Shown here in pieces: positions 62,374 through 64,000 of a stretch of DNA of 64,000 bases. The stretch comes from Octopus sinensis (taxonomy: Eukaryota), in NCBI RefSeq assembly GCF_006345805.1, contig NC_043002.1:56668001-56732000 (forward strand), written 5' to 3'. The notes beneath the pieces are model-generated. The model searched no databases, was not told the DNA's origin, and saw nothing but the letters and a program-made list of their open reading frames with translations. Numbering within the stretch: the first letter of the stretch is position 1; each line of letters opens with the position of its first letter. The position numbers and the translations under genes were made by a program.

Positions 62374-63789
62374 AGCATTCTGTCTTTAGTAGACATACTG
62401 TACTACTTTTACTGTCCTGTTAAGCTTTATAAAATATTTTGAAAAATAAGCTTGACTAATTTAAGTCTCGCTTTTTCTTTGTTTTGAAATTAGATATTTA
62501 CCAGTGTTTGTATTTTAACATCAGTTATCTTAACAGGCTGTTGATCTTTTAACAAATTTTAGAACTTTGAAAATATGTCAATTCAAAATTTACTCCTAAA
62601 CAGATTTCTAAGTATAATTGGAAAGTTTCTTGTCTGAAGGGCTCTTCATTAAAGTTGTGAATATAACCAACATTTTATATTAACTTTAAATCATTAAAAA
62701 TCAATTTGTAATGTTTTGGAGTCTGTTCAATATTTTGTTTATGAAAAATTGTACTGCTCCATCCCTTAAAGAAAAAAATGGGTGTCTTATTTTGCCTTAA
62801 CTTGTAAGAAAATGTTAAGCTCTCATTTAGCATTTACTAAAGATTGTACAATCAGTAGACAGAGCCTTCATCAAACTATGATACCATCAACTCTGATTTC
62901 TGTCTGTAATTAAACTAAATCAAATATTTCTTATATTGATTGAAATCATACAACATATATGGCCACCAGGAATTATTCAGCTATTTTTTCGTACCTGAAC
63001 CCATTTAAAGTTATGTTAATTAACAATGTGCCAGCAGTGTTTATTCTTCGTACCAAAGTTTACTATAGGTATACCGAAAGATTTTTGCCAGCACTACATT
63101 TGTAAATTCATTTAATACACAAAATAGTTTTTATTGCCATTTATTATACTACCTCACTGTGGACAACAAAGGAGGAATTGACTAGACACTGTGCTCTCTC
63201 GTTAAGTATTTAGCTTCTAACGAGGATATAATAAACGAGAAACTGGTGTTCAGTTAGTCCCTCTTTTACTGTCCACATAATAAACAAATATTTACAATTG
63301 TTCTCATGTATCTAGTAAATTTAATTAGATTATATATTTAATTTACAAACACAGTGAAAGCTAAAATCTTTAGATATTGCCTTTAGTAAACTTCAGTATT
63401 GCCTATACTTTAGTCAAATTGATTAGATTAATTAATTAACGAATTCAGTGACAGCCAAATCTTTTGGTGTAGTCTCTATTAAACTTCAATTTGTTAGTTT
63501 AGAATATAGCTTGGCTGCTTGTAGTTTTCCATATTATTTATTAAAGAAGTTACTAGCAGTTTAGCGCAAAACAAGAGTAATGAAATAAAAAAAAAAACAT
63601 GAAATATTTTTATCAAAAAGCCCATAAAGTGAAAAAAATATTTAAAAAAAATAATCTGTAGAAATATTATGAGAGGAAAGAGTATCTTCCACTACTCTCC
63701 TGGTCTGACCAAAGGAATGTGAGTGGATTTGGTAGGTGGAAATTGAAAAAAGTGTGTGTGAATGCATGCGTGCGTGCGTGCGTGCGTGC

Positions 63790-63838
<49 letters not shown>

Positions 63839-64000
63839 GATATCATGTGATGGTTGCAAACGTGTATCACTGCCATACAAATGACATTTGTTTCCAATAT
63901 TCCTGAAAAACATACCTGACCATGGAGGAAAATATTACTTTGCTTGGAAGCAAGTGAGGGTTAGTGACAGGAAGAGCATTCTGCCATAGAAAATCCATCT

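Overview
AT-rich, repeat-saturated animal genomic DNA. The repeat families are those I recognise from Octopus/coleoid cephalopods (inference). Almost all of the window appears intronic. The only host coding sequence I can support is one 105-bp phase-1/1 exon at 33635-33739 (+), encoding most of the N-terminal Sgf73-type zinc finger of an ataxin-7 family protein (SAGA deubiquitinase module). The rest is tRNA-derived SINEs of several families, 5'-truncated RTE and CR1 LINE ends, a decayed DD37D (maT) Tc1/mariner transposase, hAT-, piggyBac- and Merlin-like MITEs, and microsatellites. The most unusual structure is a ~480-bp palindromic element present twice (25049-25537 and 34685-35156). It has two head-to-head tRNA-like Pol III heads, each arm carries a Penelope-type minimal hammerhead ribozyme motif, only one arm has a ~30-nt tail, and direct repeats flank the whole palindrome. 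It looks like a SINE-like, ribozyme-bearing non-autonomous partner of Penelope-like elements. Boundaries of degenerate repeats are approximate, read by eye, and no database searches were run.
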